A stretch of DNA of 60,655 nucleotides, from the NCBI GenBank assembly GCA_007128895.1, contig SKWO01000032.1, forward strand, positions 1 to 60,655, written 5' to 3'. A model generated the notes under the pieces. That model did not search any database. It saw only the letters and a list, made by a program, of their open reading frames with translations, and was not told the DNA's origin. A program made the translations under genes and the position numbers. The stretch's first letter is position 1; the number at the start of each line of letters is the position of its first letter. The DNA is from Gammaproteobacteria bacterium (lineage in GTDB: Bacteria; Pseudomonadota; Gammaproteobacteria; SKWO01). Below, in pieces: positions 25,435 to 39,002 of this stretch.

Positions 25435-25468
25435 GCGCCGGGGCTGGGGATAACGAAGCAGGTTGACG

Positions 25469-25807
25469 ATGCAGGTACTTTTGCTCATCATTCATGTCTT
25501 GGCGGCCGTTGGGCTGGTCGTCTTCGTGCTGCTGCAGCACGGCAAGGGGGCTGATGCCGGTGCCGCCTTTGGCAGTGGCGCCTCGTCCACCGTCTTCGGT
25601 GCGCGCGGCTCGGCCAACTTCCTGACCCGAACCACGGCGATTCTGGCGACGATCTTTTTCGCCACCAGCCTCTCTCTGGCCTACTTTTCGGGTCAGGCCG
25701 CGCGTAGCAGTGGCAGTGTGACCGATATCAGCGTACCGGTGACCAGCGAGACGCGTGAGGTACCGCCGGTTGAACGCGGTCGCGATGTGCCGGTTGTGCC
25801 TGAGTAA
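25469..25807 (+). CDS. secG: Preprotein translocase subunit SecG
   Basis: LLLIIHVLAAVGLVVFVLLQHGKGADAGAAFGSGASSTVFG. ATG at 25469; the TTG at 25463 is an alternative. Confidence 0.92.
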   Translation: MQVLLLIIHVLAAVGLVVFVLLQHGKGADAGAAFGSGASSTVFGARGSANFLTRTTAILATIFFATSLSLAYFSGQAARSSGSVTDISVPVTSETREVPPVERGRDVPVVPE

Positions 25808-25891
25808 GGGTTATTTGAATAACAGACCAAGACGCGGTTGCAACCGCGCCCATGTCGTCTGAGCAGTCAGGGACCAAAAAGCAACAGTCAC

Positions 25892-25976
25892 GCCGAAGTG
25901 GTGGAACTGGTAGACACGCTGTCTTGAGGGGGCAGTGGGGCAACCCGTGCCGGTTCGAGTCCGGCCTTCGGCACCA
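25892..25976 (+). tRNA. tRNA-Leu (anticodon GAG), 85 nt, CCA encoded
   Basis: GCCGAAG acceptor, long variable arm, anticodon loop TTGAGGG, T-arm GCCGGTTCGAGTCCGGC, 3' CTTCGGCACCA. It follows secG as leuU does in E. coli. Confidence 0.93.
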
Positions 25977-26096
25977 TTCTTGTTGCTCGGTTGACAAGAC
26001 AATAACCACGACCGAGCATGCCGGCAGCACCGCGTAGGTGTTGCCACTGGAGCGTGCGCCAGGCGCCCGCTCACGAACAGGGGAGCACTGGTCCGT

Positions 26097-26453
26097 ATGC
26101 TTGAGAACTATCTGCCCATCCTGATCTTCATGGCCGTCGGCCTAATCATGGGTGCCGTGGTCATGGCCATCGGCTACCTGCTTGGGCCGCAGCGTCCCGA
26201 CAGCGAGAAGGGCTCCGCCTACGAGTGCGGCTTCGAGGCCTTCGAGGACGCGCGCATGAAGTTCGACGTGCGCTACTACCTGGTCGCCATCCTCTTCATC
26301 ATCTTCGATCTCGAGATCGCCTTCCTCTTTCCATGGGCTGTGGTGCTGGGCGAGATCGGCCTCTTTGCCTTGGGTGCGATGGCCATCTTCCTGCTGATCC
26401 TGGTGGTCGGCTTCATCTATGAGTGGAAGAAAGGGGCGCTCGAATGGGAGTAG
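26097..26453 (+). CDS. nuoA: NADH-quinone oxidoreductase subunit A
   Basis: [39 protein letters not shown]. Confidence 0.95.
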   Translation: MLENYLPILIFMAVGLIMGAVVMAIGYLLGPQRPDSEKGSAYECGFEAFEDARMKFDVRYYLVAILFIIFDLEIAFLFPWAVVLGEIGLFALGAMAIFLLILVVGFIYEWKKGALEWE

Positions 26454-26920
26454 AGGGGATCCTGGAAAAGGGCGTTATCACCACCAACGCCGACAAGCTG
26501 ATCAACTGGGCGCGCACCGGCTCGATGTGGCCGATGACCTTCGGTCTGGCCTGCTGTGCGGTGGAGATGATGCAGGCGGGTGCCTCACGCTACGACCTCG
26601 ACCGTTTCGGTATCGTCTTTCGCCCCAGTCCGCGCCAGTCCGATGTCATGATCGTCGCCGGTACCCTGGTCAACAAGATGGCGCCGGCGCTGCGCAAGGT
26701 CTATGACCAGATGGCCGAGCCGCGCTGGGTCATCTCGATGGGCTCCTGTGCCAACGGCGGCGGTTACTACCACTACTCCTACTCGGTGGTGCGCGGATGC
26801 GATCGCATCGTGCCGGTCGATATCTACGTACCGGGCTGTCCGCCCACCGCCGAGGCGCTGCTCTACGGAATCCTGCGCCTGCAGGAGAAAATCCGCCGCA
26901 CCCAGACCATCGCCCGTTGA
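26444..26920 (+). CDS. nuoB: NADH-quinone oxidoreductase subunit B
   Basis: [15 protein letters not shown]...[10 protein letters not shown]...VPGCPP. ATG at 26444 overlaps the nuoA end by 10 nt. Confidence 0.96.
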   Translation: MGVEGILEKGVITTNADKLINWARTGSMWPMTFGLACCAVEMMQAGASRYDLDRFGIVFRPSPRQSDVMIVAGTLVNKMAPALRKVYDQMAEPRWVISMGSCANGGGYYHYSYSVVRGCDRIVPVDIYVPGCPPTAEALLYGILRLQEKIRRTQTIAR

Positions 26921-26932
26921 CGAGAACTCGCC

Positions 26933-27538
26933 ATGTCCGTGCGCTACCAGAAACTCGCTGACCTCATCGTCGATCGCCTCGGCGCTCTGGTGCAGCGCCA
27001 TGTTGTCGCCCGCGGCGAGCTGACCATCGAGGTCGCCGCGGCGGATCTGATTGAGGCGATGACCCGGCTGCGCGATCTGCCCGAATTCGGCTTTGATCAA
27101 CTGGTCGATCTGTGTGGTGTCGACTACGCCAGCTACCGCAACGGTGGCTGGGAAGGGGCACGCTTCGCGGCGGTCTACCACCTGCTCTCGGTGGCCAACA
27201 ACCGCCGTCTGCGGGTGCGCGCCTTCGCCACCGACGACGACTACCCGGTACTGCCCACGGTTACGGCGATCTGGAGCTCGGCCAACTGGTACGAGCGCGA
27301 AGCGTTCGACCTCTTCGGCCTCCTCTTCGACGGCCACCCCGACCTGCGCCGTATCCTGACCGACTACGGCTTTGTCGGCCACCCGTTCCGCAAGGACTTC
27401 CCGCTCGAGGGTCATGTCGAGATGCGCTACGACCCGGAGCAGCGCCGGGTGATCTATCAGCCGGTTACCATCGAGCCGCGCGTCAACCAGCCGCGCGTGA
27501 TCCGCGACGATCATCGCTATGCCGGGCAGGGGGAGTAA
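26933..27538 (+). CDS. nuoC: NADH-quinone oxidoreductase subunit C (not fused to D)
   Basis: [43 protein letters not shown]. Confidence 0.95.
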   Translation: MSVRYQKLADLIVDRLGALVQRHVVARGELTIEVAAADLIEAMTRLRDLPEFGFDQLVDLCGVDYASYRNGGWEGARFAAVYHLLSVANNRRLRVRAFATDDDYPVLPTVTAIWSSANWYEREAFDLFGLLFDGHPDLRRILTDYGFVGHPFRKDFPLEGHVEMRYDPEQRRVIYQPVTIEPRVNQPRVIRDDHRYAGQGE

Positions 27539-27542
27539 GCCG

Positions 27543-28796
27543 ATGGCCGAGATCCACAACTACACCATCAACTTCGGTCCGCAACACCCGGCGGCGCACG
27601 GGGTGCTGCGCCTGATCCTGGAGATGGACGGCGAGACCGTGGTTCGTGCCGACCCGCATGTCGGCTTGCTCCACCGGGCCACCGAGAAGCTGGCCGAGAG
27701 CAAGCCGTTCAACCAGTCGATCGGCTATATGGATCGGCTCGACTACGTTTCGATGATGTGCAACGAGCACGGCTACGTGATGGCGATCGAGAAGCTGCTC
27801 GGTGCCGAGGTGCCGCTGCGCGCCCAGTACATCCGCGTGATGTTCGATGAGATCACGCGCATCCTCAACCACCTGATGTGGATCGGCACCCACGGCCTCG
27901 ACATCGGGGCGATGACCATGTTCCTCTACGCCTTCCGCGAGCGCGAGGACCTGATGGACATGTACGAGGCGGTCTCCGGGGCGCGCATGCACGCCACCTA
28001 CTACCGGGTCGGCGGGGTCGCCCGCGACCTGCCCGAGGTGATGCCGCGCTACGAGCGCTCCAAGTGGCACGACGAGGACGACGTCAAGCGGATGAACGCC
28101 AACCGTGAAGGTTCGCTGCTCGACTTCATCCACGACTTTACCGAACGCTTCCCGGCCTGCGTCGACGAGTACGAGACGCTGCTGACCGAGAACCGCATCT
28201 GGCGCCAGCGTACCGTCGGCATCGGCACCGTCAGTCCGGAGCGCGCCCTGCAGCTCGGCTTTACCGGCCCGATGCTGCGCGGCTCCGGTGTAGAGTGGGA
28301 TCTGCGCAAGAAGCAGCCGTACGAGGTCTACGACCGGCTCGACTTCGATATCCCGGTCGGCGTCAACGGCGACTGCTACGACCGCTACCTGGTGCGTATC
28401 GAGGAGATGCGTCAGGCCAACCGCATCATCCGCCAGTGCGTCGACTGGCTGCGCGACAACCCCGGCCCGGTGATGGTCGATGACCACAAGATCGCAGCGC
28501 CGCCGCGCGAGGCGATGAAGGCCGGCATGGAGGGACTGATCCACCACTTCAAGCTCTTCTCGGAGGGCTACCAGGTACCTGAGGGCGAGGCGTACGCCGC
28601 AGTCGAACACCCCAAGGGAGAGTTCGGTATCTACCTGCTCTCTGACGGCGCCAACAAGCCGTACCGCCTGAAGATCCGTGCCCCCGGCTTTGCCCACCTC
28701 TCCGCCATGGACGAGATGGTGCGCGGCCACATGCTGGCCGACGTGGTCGCGGTGATCGGTACCCAGGACATTGTATTCGGGGAGATCGACCGATGA
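27543..28796 (+). CDS. nuoD: NADH-quinone oxidoreductase subunit D
   Basis: [31 protein letters not shown]...; 417 aa. Confidence 0.97.
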   Translation: MAEIHNYTINFGPQHPAAHGVLRLILEMDGETVVRADPHVGLLHRATEKLAESKPFNQSIGYMDRLDYVSMMCNEHGYVMAIEKLLGAEVPLRAQYIRVMFDEITRILNHLMWIGTHGLDIGAMTMFLYAFREREDLMDMYEAVSGARMHATYYRVGGVARDLPEVMPRYERSKWHDEDDVKRMNANREGSLLDFIHDFTERFPACVDEYETLLTENRIWRQRTVGIGTVSPERALQLGFTGPMLRGSGVEWDLRKKQPYEVYDRLDFDIPVGVNGDCYDRYLVRIEEMRQANRIIRQCVDWLRDNPGPVMVDDHKIAAPPREAMKAGMEGLIHHFKLFSEGYQVPEGEAYAAVEHPKGEFGIYLLSDGANKPYRLKIRAPGFAHLSAMDEMVRGHMLADVVAVIGTQDIVFGEIDR

Positions 28797-29311
28797 TGGT
28801 GCAGAGTCGTAATCCGGCTGCCGACCAGGGCATGACCGAGCTGAGCGAGCAGTCGCTGGCCGAGATCGACCGCTGGATCGCCAAGTACCCGGTCGACCAG
28901 CGCCAGTCGGCAGTGATGGCCGCGCTGCGTATCGCCCAGGAACAGAACGGCGGCTGGCTCAACCGGGCCCTGATCGAGGCGGTTGCCGACTACCTTGGCA
29001 TGTCGCCGATCGAGGTGGAGGAGGTCGCCACCTTCTACTCGATGTACGAACTCAAGCCGGTCGGGCGCCACAAGATCTGCGTCTGCACCAACATCTCCTG
29101 CCTGCTGCGCGGCTCCGACGAGGTGGTTGCCCACCTGGAACAGCGCCTGGGTATCCGCATGGGCGAGACGACCGCCGACGGCCGCTTCACCCTGAAAGAG
29201 GTCGAGTGCCTCGGCGCCTGCGTCAACGCGCCGATGTTCCAGATCGGCCGCGACTACCATGAAAACCTGACGCCCGAGCGGATCGACGCGATCCTCGACC
29301 GGCTGGACTGA
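28793..29311 (+). CDS. nuoE: NADH-quinone oxidoreductase subunit E
   Basis: 2Fe-2S ligands in [14 protein letters not shown]...[15 protein letters not shown] overlap with nuoD. Confidence 0.95.
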   Translation: MMVQSRNPAADQGMTELSEQSLAEIDRWIAKYPVDQRQSAVMAALRIAQEQNGGWLNRALIEAVADYLGMSPIEVEEVATFYSMYELKPVGRHKICVCTNISCLLRGSDEVVAHLEQRLGIRMGETTADGRFTLKEVECLGACVNAPMFQIGRDYHENLTPERIDAILDRLD

Positions 29312-29316
29312 TCGCC

Positions 29317-30603
<1,287 letters not shown>

Positions 30604-30620
30604 CGGAGAGATAGGGACCG

Positions 30621-32936
30621 ATGGCAACGATCGAGATCAACGGCAAGGTGGTCGAGGCCCGTGACGGGGCCATGCTGATCGAGGCGGCCGCCGAGGCCGG
30701 CTTTGCCATCCCCCATTTCTGCTACCACCGCAAACTGACCATCGCGGCCAGTTGCCGCATGTGTCTGGTCGAGGTGGAGAAGGCACCCAAGCCGCTGCCG
30801 GCCTGCGCCACGCCGGTGAGCGACGGCATGAAGGTGCAGACCCGTTCGCCCAAGGCGCTGGCGGCGCAGAAGGCGGTGATGGAGTTCCTGTTGATCAACC
30901 ACCCGCTCGACTGCCCGATCTGCGACCAGGGTGGCGAGTGCGACCTGCAGGAGCTGGCGGTCGGCTACGGTGGTGATGTCACCCGCTTTGCCGAGGGCAA
31001 GCGGGTCGTCGGTGATCCCGATCTGGGTCCGCTGATCGCCACCGAGATGACCCGCTGCATCCACTGTACCCGCTGCGTGCGCTTCATCGCCGAGATCGCC
31101 GGCACCCGCGAGCTGGGTGCGCCGGGGCGCGGTGAGCACATGCACATCACCAGCTGGCTGGGTGGTCAGGTCGGCTCCGAGCTCTCCGGCAACGTGATCG
31201 ACCTCTGCCCGGTGGGGGCGCTGACCTCCAAGCCGTTCCGCTTCCGCGCCCGAGCCTGGGAGCTGAACGCCCGCCCGGCCGTCGCGATGCACGACGGCCT
31301 CGGCGCCAACCTCTGGTTCGATACGCTGCGCGGTCAAGTGCTGCGCGCCCGGCCGCGCGATAACGAGGCGGTCAACGAGTGCTGGCTCTCCGACCGTGAC
31401 CGCTTCGCCTGTGCCGGTCTGCACAGCGACGATCGCCTGCGCCAGCCGCTGCTGCGTGATCGCAACGGCTGGCGCGAGGCCGGTTGGGACGAGGCACTGC
31501 CGCGTGCTGCCCAGCTGCTGCGCAACATCGTCGACAACCGCGGCGGCGAGCAGCTCGCCGCGCTCGCCGCGCCGAGCCAGAGCGCTGAGGAGTACTACCT
31601 GCTGCAAAAGCTGCTGCGCGCCCTCGGTTCGCCGCACATCGAGCACCGCCTGCGTCAAGGCTGCTTCACGGCACAGGAGGCGATGCCGCTGATGCCGGGG
31701 CTGGGCATGGCGCCGGAGGCGCTGCAGGCGGGAGATGCCTTCCTGATGGTGGGCTGCCACCTGCGCAAGGAGCAGCCGCTGCTCAACCACCGGGTACGTC
31801 AGGCCGTACTGAACGGGGCGGCGGCAATGGCGATCAATCCGGTTGTCTGGCCGAGCAACTACCCGCTGGCCGCCGAACAGACGGTGGCGCCGTCGCGCTT
31901 GGCCGGCGCGTTGGCCGAGGTGGCGCAAGCCCTCGCCGGGGGCGAGGCCGGGGGCGAGGCAGCGGCCATGGCCGAGCGCCTGCGCGACGCCGAACAGCCA
32001 TTGATCCTGGTCGGCGCCGTGGCCCAGATGGGCGAGTATCTCGGCGCGATTCTGGCTCAGGCGATGCAGGTCGCCGAGGCGTGCGGCGGTCGGGTCGCCT
32101 TCCTGCCTGAGGGTGGCAACAGCGCCGCTGCCTGGTTGGCCGGTGCCGTGCCTCATCGCGGCGTGGCCGGCAGCCATGCGCCCACGGTCGGCAAGCACCT
32201 GCGCCAGCTCTATGCGGAGCCGGTGGCCGGGCTGCTGCTGCTGGGCATCGAGCCAGAGCGTGACAGTCTTGATCCGGCGGCCATGGCGCGCCTGCTGGAG
32301 GCGGCCGAAGGGGTGGTGGCTTTGGCGGCCTACGACAGCCCGCTGCTGCGCGAGCACGCCGACGTGATCCTGCCGTTGGCCACCTGGGCCGAGAGCGCCG
32401 GCACCCAGATCAACCATGCCGGCCTGTGGCAGAGCTACCGGGGTGCGGTGGCGGCGCCGGGCGAGGCACGGCCGGGCTGGAAGGTGCTGCGTGTACTGGG
32501 CAATCTGCTCGACCTGGACGGTTTCGACTTCAACGCGGCCGATGAGGTGCTGGCCGAGCTGCGTGCGGCCGTCGACCGCCAGGGCGCCTTTGCGCCAACG
32601 CCGTGGCCGGCGGTGGCGCTGCCAGACGCGCCGGCGTCGGTCGAGGCGGTCGCCGCCCTTTCACCCTATTCGGTCGATGCGATGGTGCGGCGCAGCCCGC
32701 CGCTGCAGGCCGCCAGCGACGCCCCGCAGCCGTGCTGCCGGGTCCATCCGGCACTGGCCGAGCGGCTCGGCCGACCGCAGCGGGTCCGGGTCGGTGACGG
32801 TGCGGCCAGTGCCGTGCTGGCGCTGGAGATCGACGAGCGCGTGGCCGACGGCTGCATCGTCGTGCCGACGGCGATCGCCGAGACCGCTCTGTTAGGGGCG
32901 CTGACCGGCGCCATCAGCGTGGAGCAGGCCGCATGA
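30621..32936 (+). CDS. nuoG: NADH-quinone oxidoreductase subunit G
   Basis: [48 protein letters not shown]; 771 aa. Confidence 0.96.
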   Translation: MATIEINGKVVEARDGAMLIEAAAEAGFAIPHFCYHRKLTIAASCRMCLVEVEKAPKPLPACATPVSDGMKVQTRSPKALAAQKAVMEFLLINHPLDCPICDQGGECDLQELAVGYGGDVTRFAEGKRVVGDPDLGPLIATEMTRCIHCTRCVRFIAEIAGTRELGAPGRGEHMHITSWLGGQVGSELSGNVIDLCPVGALTSKPFRFRARAWELNARPAVAMHDGLGANLWFDTLRGQVLRARPRDNEAVNECWLSDRDRFACAGLHSDDRLRQPLLRDRNGWREAGWDEALPRAAQLLRNIVDNRGGEQLAALAAPSQSAEEYYLLQKLLRALGSPHIEHRLRQGCFTAQEAMPLMPGLGMAPEALQAGDAFLMVGCHLRKEQPLLNHRVRQAVLNGAAAMAINPVVWPSNYPLAAEQTVAPSRLAGALAEVAQALAGGEAGGEAAAMAERLRDAEQPLILVGAVAQMGEYLGAILAQAMQVAEACGGRVAFLPEGGNSAAAWLAGAVPHRGVAGSHAPTVGKHLRQLYAEPVAGLLLLGIEPERDSLDPAAMARLLEAAEGVVALAAYDSPLLREHADVILPLATWAESAGTQINHAGLWQSYRGAVAAPGEARPGWKVLRVLGNLLDLDGFDFNAADEVLAELRAAVDRQGAFAPTPWPAVALPDAPASVEAVAALSPYSVDAMVRRSPPLQAASDAPQPCCRVHPALAERLGRPQRVRVGDGAASAVLALEIDERVADGCIVVPTAIAETALLGALTGAISVEQAA

Positions 32937-34009
32937 TCGAACTCGCCTACACTGTGACTGCGTGGATGCCGGGCTGGATGCAGGCCATCGCGATCATCCT
33001 GATGAAGATCAGTCTGCTGATGATGCCGCTGCTGCTCGGGGTCGCCTACCTGACCTTTGCCGAGCGCAAGATCATCGGCTACATGCAGGTGCGCGTCGGC
33101 CCCAACCGGGTTGGCCCGCGCGGCTGGCTGCAGCCGATCGCCGACTCGCTCAAGCTGATGTTCAAGGAGATCGTGATCCCGAGCAGCGCCAACCGCTTTC
33201 TCTTCCTGCTCAGCCCGCTGCTCGCCTTTGCCCCGGCGCTGGCGGCATGGGCGGTGATCCCGTTCGACGATCATCTGGTCATTGCCGACATCAATGCCGG
33301 CCTGCTCTATGTGCTGGCGATCACCTCGCTCGGGGTCTACGGCATCATCCTGGCCGGCTGGGCCTCCAACTCGAAGTACGCCTTCCTCGGCGCGATCCGC
33401 TCCGGCGCGCAGATGGTCTCCTACGAGATTGCCATGGGCTTTGCCCTGGTCGGCGTGATCATGGCGGCCGGCAGCCTCAACCTGGGGCAGATCGTGCAGG
33501 CGCAGGCGACTGGCCTCGGCCTCTTCAGCTGGTTCTGGCTGCCGCTGCTGCCGCTCTTTGTCATCTACTTTATCTCCGGCGTGGCCGAGACCAACCGTGC
33601 CCCGTTCGACGTCGCCGAGGGTGAGTCGGAGATCGTCGCCGGCTTCCATGTCGACTACTCCGGCATGGCTTTCGCCGTCTTCTTCCTGGCCGAATACGCC
33701 AACATGATCCTCATTGCGGCACTTGCCTCGTTGCTCTTCCTCGGCGGCTGGCTCTCGCCCTTCGATGGCCTGCCGGTGCTCGGGCCGCTCTTCGACTGGG
33801 TGCCGGGCATCGTCTGGATGCTGGCCAAGATGTCGTTCTTCCTGCTGCTCTTTCTCTGGCTGCGGGCGACCTTCCCGCGCTACCGCTACGACCAGATCAT
33901 GCGTCTGGGCTGGAAGGTCTTCATTCCGCTGACCCTGGTCTGGATCATGGTGACCGGCGTGCTGGTGGTCGGTGAGGTCGGTCCGTGGTTCGGCCATGGT
34001 GAGGGGTAA
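32933..34009 (+). CDS. nuoH: NADH-quinone oxidoreductase subunit H
   Basis: [33 protein letters not shown]..., [21 protein letters not shown] overlap with nuoG. Confidence 0.97.
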   Translation: MIELAYTVTAWMPGWMQAIAIILMKISLLMMPLLLGVAYLTFAERKIIGYMQVRVGPNRVGPRGWLQPIADSLKLMFKEIVIPSSANRFLFLLSPLLAFAPALAAWAVIPFDDHLVIADINAGLLYVLAITSLGVYGIILAGWASNSKYAFLGAIRSGAQMVSYEIAMGFALVGVIMAAGSLNLGQIVQAQATGLGLFSWFWLPLLPLFVIYFISGVAETNRAPFDVAEGESEIVAGFHVDYSGMAFAVFFLAEYANMILIAALASLLFLGGWLSPFDGLPVLGPLFDWVPGIVWMLAKMSFFLLLFLWLRATFPRYRYDQIMRLGWKVFIPLTLVWIMVTGVLVVGEVGPWFGHGEG

Positions 34010-34013
34010 GCGC

Positions 34014-34499
34014 ATGAAACTGGCCAAGGCACTCAAGAGCCTCTTTCTGATCGAGCTGCTGCGCGGTATGCGGCTGACCGGCAAGCGCCTGTTCAGTCCC
34101 AAGGTGACCGTGCAGTACCCGGACGAGAAGACCCCGCAGTCGCACCGTTTTCGCGGTCTGCACGCCCAGCGCCGCTACGCCAATGGCGAGGAGCGCTGCA
34201 TTGCCTGCAAGCTGTGCGAGGTGGTCTGTCCGGCGCTGGCCATCACCATCGAGGCAGAGCCGCGCGAGGACGGCAGTCGCCGTACCACGCGCTACGAGAT
34301 CGACCTGTTCAAGTGCATCTACTGCGGCTTCTGCGAGGAGTCGTGCCCGGTCGATTCGATCGTCGAGACGCGCCACTTCGAGTTCTGCATGGAAAACAAC
34401 AGCGAGCGGGTGATCGACAAGCAGCGGCTGCTCGAGATGGGCGATCGCTTCGAGGCGCAGATCGCCGCTGACCGGGCGCTTGACCGCCCCTACCGATAG
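34014..34499 (+). CDS. nuoI: NADH-quinone oxidoreductase subunit I
   Basis: Two 4Fe-4S motifs, [12 protein letters not shown] and [15 protein letters not shown] at 34014 with GAGGGG upstream. Confidence 0.96.
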   Translation: MKLAKALKSLFLIELLRGMRLTGKRLFSPKVTVQYPDEKTPQSHRFRGLHAQRRYANGEERCIACKLCEVVCPALAITIEAEPREDGSRRTTRYEIDLFKCIYCGFCEESCPVDSIVETRHFEFCMENNSERVIDKQRLLEMGDRFEAQIAADRALDRPYR

Positions 34500-34515
34500 G
34501 CAGGCCGAACCGATC

Positions 34516-35172
34516 ATGGGTATCGAAAAGTTCTTGTTCTACTTCTTCGCCGCCATCCTGCTGGTGGCGGCCACCTTGGTCATCACCGTGCGCAACCCGG
34601 TGCGGGCGGCGCTCTCGCTGGTGCTCGCCTTCTTTGCCAGTGCCGCGCTGTGGATGCTGCTGGAGGCCGAGTTCCTGGCCCTGGTGCTGGTGCTGGTCTA
34701 CGTCGGCGCGGTGATGGTCCTCTTCCTCTTCGTGGTCATGATGATCGATATCGATCTGGCCCAGGTCAAGGAGGGCTTTTCCCGTATGCTGCCGGCCGGT
34801 ATCGCTGTCGCCGTCGGTCTGGTCGTGGTCATGGCGGTGGTGGTCGGTCCCGAGCATTTCGGCCTCGAGGGCTTTGGCGAGGTGCCCCGCCACGGAGCCG
34901 ACTACAACAATACCCGTGAGCTGGGCATGGCGCTCTTCACTACTTTCGTCTATCCGTTCGAGCTGGCCGCGCTGATCCTGCTGGTGGCGATCGTCGCCGC
35001 GATCGCGCTGACCCTGCGGCGGCGGCCCGGCACCCGTCACCAGAACCCGGCCGAGCAGGTCGCCGTCAACGCCGCCGAACGGGTGCGCGTGGTGAAGATG
35101 GCGGCCGAGCCGCGCGACGACGCCCCGGTGCCCACGGCCGAACCGGGCGAGAGCAAGGAGGAGCCGCGATGA
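34516..35172 (+). CDS. nuoJ: NADH-quinone oxidoreductase subunit J
   Basis: [69 protein letters not shown]. It has a charged C-terminal tail. Confidence 0.93.
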   Translation: MGIEKFLFYFFAAILLVAATLVITVRNPVRAALSLVLAFFASAALWMLLEAEFLALVLVLVYVGAVMVLFLFVVMMIDIDLAQVKEGFSRMLPAGIAVAVGLVVVMAVVVGPEHFGLEGFGEVPRHGADYNNTRELGMALFTTFVYPFELAALILLVAIVAAIALTLRRRPGTRHQNPAEQVAVNAAERVRVVKMAAEPRDDAPVPTAEPGESKEEPR

Positions 35173-35474
35173 TCGTGCTGTCCGACTACCTGATACTGGC
35201 GGCGATCCTCTTCGCCCTGAGCGTGGCGGGGATCTTCATCAACCGCAAGAATGTGCTGATCCTGCTGATGTGCATCGAGCTGATGCTGCTGGCAGTGAAT
35301 ATCAACTTTGTCGCCTTTTCGCACTTCCTCAACGACATTGCCGGGCAGGTCTTCGTCTTCTTCATCCTGACCGTGGCCGCAGCCGAAGCGGCGATCGGGC
35401 TGGCCATCCTCGTGGTGCTGTTCCGTAACCGGCGCACCATCAATGTCGAAGACCTCGGCAGTCTGAAGGGGTAA
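35169..35474 (+). CDS. nuoK: NADH-quinone oxidoreductase subunit K
   Basis: [20 protein letters not shown]...[13 protein letters not shown]; 101 aa; ATGA overlap with nuoJ. Confidence 0.95.
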   Translation: MIVLSDYLILAAILFALSVAGIFINRKNVLILLMCIELMLLAVNINFVAFSHFLNDIAGQVFVFFILTVAAAEAAIGLAILVVLFRNRRTINVEDLGSLKG

Positions 35475-35475
35475 T

Positions 35476-37473
35476 GTGATGCAGGCCATGCTCCTCACCA
35501 TTGTTCTGGCACCGCTGGTCGGTGCCATCATCGCCGGCCTCTTCGCCCGTCAGGTCGGCCGTGCCGGTGCCCACTGGGCCACGATCATCGGGGTCGCCAT
35601 CTCCGCCGCCCTCTCGCTGGTGGTCTTCAAGCAGCAGGTCTTCGACGGCGCTCCGGTCTGGAACGAGTCGGTCTACACGTGGATGGTGATCGGTGGCTTC
35701 ACCTTCGAGATCGGCTTCCTGGTCGACCGGCTCACTGCGATGATGATGGTGGTGGTCACCTCGGTCTCGCTGATGGTGCATATCTACACCATCGGCTACA
35801 TGCGCGACGAGGCGCACAACTGGCCCAAGAACAGTCGCGCCGGTCGTCACGCCTACCAGCGCTTCTTCGCCTACATCTCGCTCTTTACCTTCTCCATGCT
35901 GATGCTGGTGATGGCCAATAACTTCCTGCAGCTCTTCTTTGGCTGGGAGGCGGTCGGTCTGGTCTCCTACCTGCTGATCGGCTTCTGGCTCAACCGGGAT
36001 ACGGCGGTCTATGCCAACCTGAAGGCCTTCCTGGTCAACCGGGTCGGCGACTTCGGCTTCCTCCTCGGCATCGGCATGATCCTCTTCTACTTCAACACCC
36101 TCGACTACGCCTCGGTCTTTGCCGCCGCCGAGCGCATCGACGGGCTGAGCATCGCGCTCTTCCCCGGCTTCGAGTGGTCGGTGATCACGGTGATCTGCAT
36201 CCTGCTCTTCATCGGGGCGATGGGCAAGTCGGCGCAGGTGCCGCTGCACGTTTGGCTGCCCGACTCGATGGAGGGTCCGACCCCGATCTCGGCGCTGATC
36301 CACGCCGCAACGATGGTCACTGCCGGCATCTTCATGGTCGCGCGCATGTCGCCGCTGTTTGAGTTCTCCACCGCGGCGCTCTCCTTTATCCTGGTCATCG
36401 GTGCCATCACCGCGCTCTTCATGGGCTTCCTCGGTCTGGTGCAGAACGACATCAAGCGGGTGGTCGCCTACTCGACCCTCTCCCAGCTCGGCTACATGAC
36501 CGTCGCCCTCGGTGTCTCGGCCTATGCTGCCGGGGTCTTCCACCTGATGACCCACGCCTTCTTCAAGGCGCTGCTCTTCCTCGCCGCCGGCTCGGTGATC
36601 ATCGCCATGCACCATGAGCAGGACATGCGCAAGATGGGGGGGCTGAAGAAGTACCTGCCGATCACCTACTGGACCAGCCTGATCGGCACGCTGGCCCTGA
36701 TCGGTGCGCCGTTCTTCTCCGGCTTCTTCTCCAAGGACGCGATCATTATGGCCGTGGGCGAGTCGACCCTGTCGGCGGCCGGCTTTGCCTACATCGCGGT
36801 GCTGCTCGGCGTCTTCGTCACCGCGCTCTACTCTTTCCGTCTCTTCTTCCTGGTTTTCCATGGTAAGGAGCGTATGGATGAGCAGACCCGCAGCCACCTG
36901 CACGAGTCGCCCGCGGTGGTCACAGTACCGCTGATCCTGCTGGCGATTCCGTCGGTGTTGATCGGCCTGCCGCTGGTCGGCTCGATGGCCTTTGGTGACT
37001 TCTTCGCCGGGGCGATCACCGTGCTGCCGCACAACGACGTGCTCGGCCGTCTGGCCCAGGAGTACACCGGCGTCATCGGCATGGTCATCCACGGGCTGGT
37101 CACCCCGCCGGTCTGGCTCGCCGCCGCCGGGGTCGTGACCGCCTGGTACCTCTACCTGCACCGCCCCGAGCTGCCGGAGCGGATTCGTCAGCGTTTTGCC
37201 GGGCTGCACGCCTTCATGGTCAACAAGTACGGCTTCGACGACTTCAACGAGAAGGTCTTCGCCGGCGGCAGCCGTCGCCTTGGCGACCTGCTCTGGCGCC
37301 ACGGCGACGTGCGAGTGATCGACGGCTGGCTGGTCAATGGCACCGCCAACACGGTCGGGCGTCTGGCCCAGTTGGCGCGGCGGCTGCAGAGCGGCTACCT
37401 CTACCACTACGCCTTTGCCATGGTGCTGGGGCTGCTGCTGATGCTGATTCTCTTCACCACGGGGCGCGGATAA
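35476..37473 (+). CDS. nuoL: NADH-quinone oxidoreductase subunit L
   Basis: Antiporter-like subunit with FFGWEAVGLVSYLLIGFW and KSAQVPLHVWLPDSMEGPTP. GTG at 35476 or ATG at 35479. Confidence 0.95.
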   Translation: MMQAMLLTIVLAPLVGAIIAGLFARQVGRAGAHWATIIGVAISAALSLVVFKQQVFDGAPVWNESVYTWMVIGGFTFEIGFLVDRLTAMMMVVVTSVSLMVHIYTIGYMRDEAHNWPKNSRAGRHAYQRFFAYISLFTFSMLMLVMANNFLQLFFGWEAVGLVSYLLIGFWLNRDTAVYANLKAFLVNRVGDFGFLLGIGMILFYFNTLDYASVFAAAERIDGLSIALFPGFEWSVITVICILLFIGAMGKSAQVPLHVWLPDSMEGPTPISALIHAATMVTAGIFMVARMSPLFEFSTAALSFILVIGAITALFMGFLGLVQNDIKRVVAYSTLSQLGYMTVALGVSAYAAGVFHLMTHAFFKALLFLAAGSVIIAMHHEQDMRKMGGLKKYLPITYWTSLIGTLALIGAPFFSGFFSKDAIIMAVGESTLSAAGFAYIAVLLGVFVTALYSFRLFFLVFHGKERMDEQTRSHLHESPAVVTVPLILLAIPSVLIGLPLVGSMAFGDFFAGAITVLPHNDVLGRLAQEYTGVIGMVIHGLVTPPVWLAAAGVVTAWYLYLHRPELPERIRQRFAGLHAFMVNKYGFDDFNEKVFAGGSRRLGDLLWRHGDVRVIDGWLVNGTANTVGRLAQLARRLQSGYLYHYAFAMVLGLLLMLILFTTGRG

Positions 37474-37474
37474 G

Positions 37475-38989
37475 ATGTTGTATGATCTGCCACTTCTTAG
37501 TCTGACCATCTGGACGCCAATCCTCGGCGGCCTGATCGTCCTTGCCCTGGGTGGCCAGCAGGGGGCAACCGCGCGTCCAGTGGCGCTGGTTGTCGCGCTG
37601 CTGACCTTCCTCATCTCGCTGCCACTCTGGTTCGGCTTCGATCGCACCACCGCCGAGATGCAGTTCGTCGAGTTCGCGCCATGGATCGAGCGCTTCAACA
37701 TCGCCTACGCCCTTGGCGTGGACGGCATCTCGATGCCGCTGATCGTGCTGACCACCTTCATCACCGTGATCGTCGTGGTGGCCGGCTGGGAGGTGATCCG
37801 CAACCGGCCCGAACTCTACATGGGCGCCTTCCTGATCATGGAGGGGTTGATGGTCGGCGCCTTCAGTGCGCTGGACGCGGCGCTCTTCTATGTCTTCTGG
37901 GAGGCGCTGCTGATCCCGATGTTCATCGTGATCGGCATCTGGGGCGGGCCACGCCGGGTCTACGCGACGATCAAGTTCTTTCTCTATACTTTCCTCGGCT
38001 CGGTCTTCATGCTGGTCTCGCTGCTCTACCTGGCCCACCAGGCTGGTACCTTCTCGATCCTGGCCATGCACGACCTGCCGCTCGGGCTGACCGCGCAGCT
38101 GCTGATCTTCGTCGCCTTCTTCCTCGCCTTTGCGGTGAAGATCCCGATGTGGCCGGTGCATACCTGGCTGCCGGATGCCCACGTCGAGGCGCCCACCGGT
38201 GGCTCGGTGGTCCTGGCCGCGATCATGCTCAAGCTCGGCGGCTACGGCTTCCTGCGCTTTGCCCTGCCGATCACGCCGGATGCCGCCGCGATGCTGGACG
38301 GGGTGATGGTCGCGCTGTCGCTGATCGCGGTGGTTTATATCGGTTTTGTCGCTCTGGTCCAGGCCGACATGAAGAAGCTGATCGCCTACTCGTCGATCTC
38401 CCACATGGGCTTCGTTACTCTCGGTATCTTCCTGCCGTGGATGATCTACGCCAACAGTGGCAGTACCGGTGGTGGCGAGATGGCGCTGGCCGGGGCGATG
38501 GTGCAGATGGTCTCGCACGGCTTCATCGCAGCGGCGATGTTCCTCTGCGTCGGCGTCCTCTACGATCGCCTGCACAGCCGCATGATTGCCGACTACGGCG
38601 GCGTGGCCAACACCATGCCCGTCTTTGCCGGCTTCATGGTCCTCTTTGCCATGGCCAACGCCGGTCTGCCCGGGACCTCCGGCTTTGTCGGCGAGTTCAT
38701 GGTCATCCTCGGCGCGTTGAAGGCCAACTTCTGGCTCGCCTTCCTCGCCGCGCTCACCCTGATCGTCGGCGCCGCCTACACGCTGTGGATGGTGCGGCGG
38801 GTGCTGTACGGACAGGTCGCCAGCGAGGCGGTGGCCGGGCTGGCCGACCTCAACCGGCGTGAGTTCGGCATCCTCGCCGCGCTGGCCGCGATGGTGCTGT
38901 TGATCGGTATCTGGCCGGCGCCGCTGCTGGATGTGATGAACGTCACGGTGGAAAACCTGGTTTCCCACGTCATGCAATCGAAGCTTTGA
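37475..38989 (+). CDS. nuoM: NADH-quinone oxidoreductase subunit M
   Basis: FYVFWEALLIPMFIVIGIWGG..., VKIPMWPVHTWLPDAHVEAPT. Confidence 0.96.
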   Translation: MLYDLPLLSLTIWTPILGGLIVLALGGQQGATARPVALVVALLTFLISLPLWFGFDRTTAEMQFVEFAPWIERFNIAYALGVDGISMPLIVLTTFITVIVVVAGWEVIRNRPELYMGAFLIMEGLMVGAFSALDAALFYVFWEALLIPMFIVIGIWGGPRRVYATIKFFLYTFLGSVFMLVSLLYLAHQAGTFSILAMHDLPLGLTAQLLIFVAFFLAFAVKIPMWPVHTWLPDAHVEAPTGGSVVLAAIMLKLGGYGFLRFALPITPDAAAMLDGVMVALSLIAVVYIGFVALVQADMKKLIAYSSISHMGFVTLGIFLPWMIYANSGSTGGGEMALAGAMVQMVSHGFIAAAMFLCVGVLYDRLHSRMIADYGGVANTMPVFAGFMVLFAMANAGLPGTSGFVGEFMVILGALKANFWLAFLAALTLIVGAAYTLWMVRRVLYGQVASEAVAGLADLNRREFGILAALAAMVLLIGIWPAPLLDVMNVTVENLVSHVMQSKL

Positions 38990-39002
38990 GCAGGTGGTGT
39001 CG

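Noticed and set aside
25831-25850. 16-bp palindrome CGCGGTTGCAACCGCG after secG, and the hairpin GCTCGGT...ACCGAGC after tRNA-Leu (25988-26019).
   Set aside because: Neither has a U tract and I see no recognisable motif. They may be processing or terminator structures, but I cannot support a specific call.
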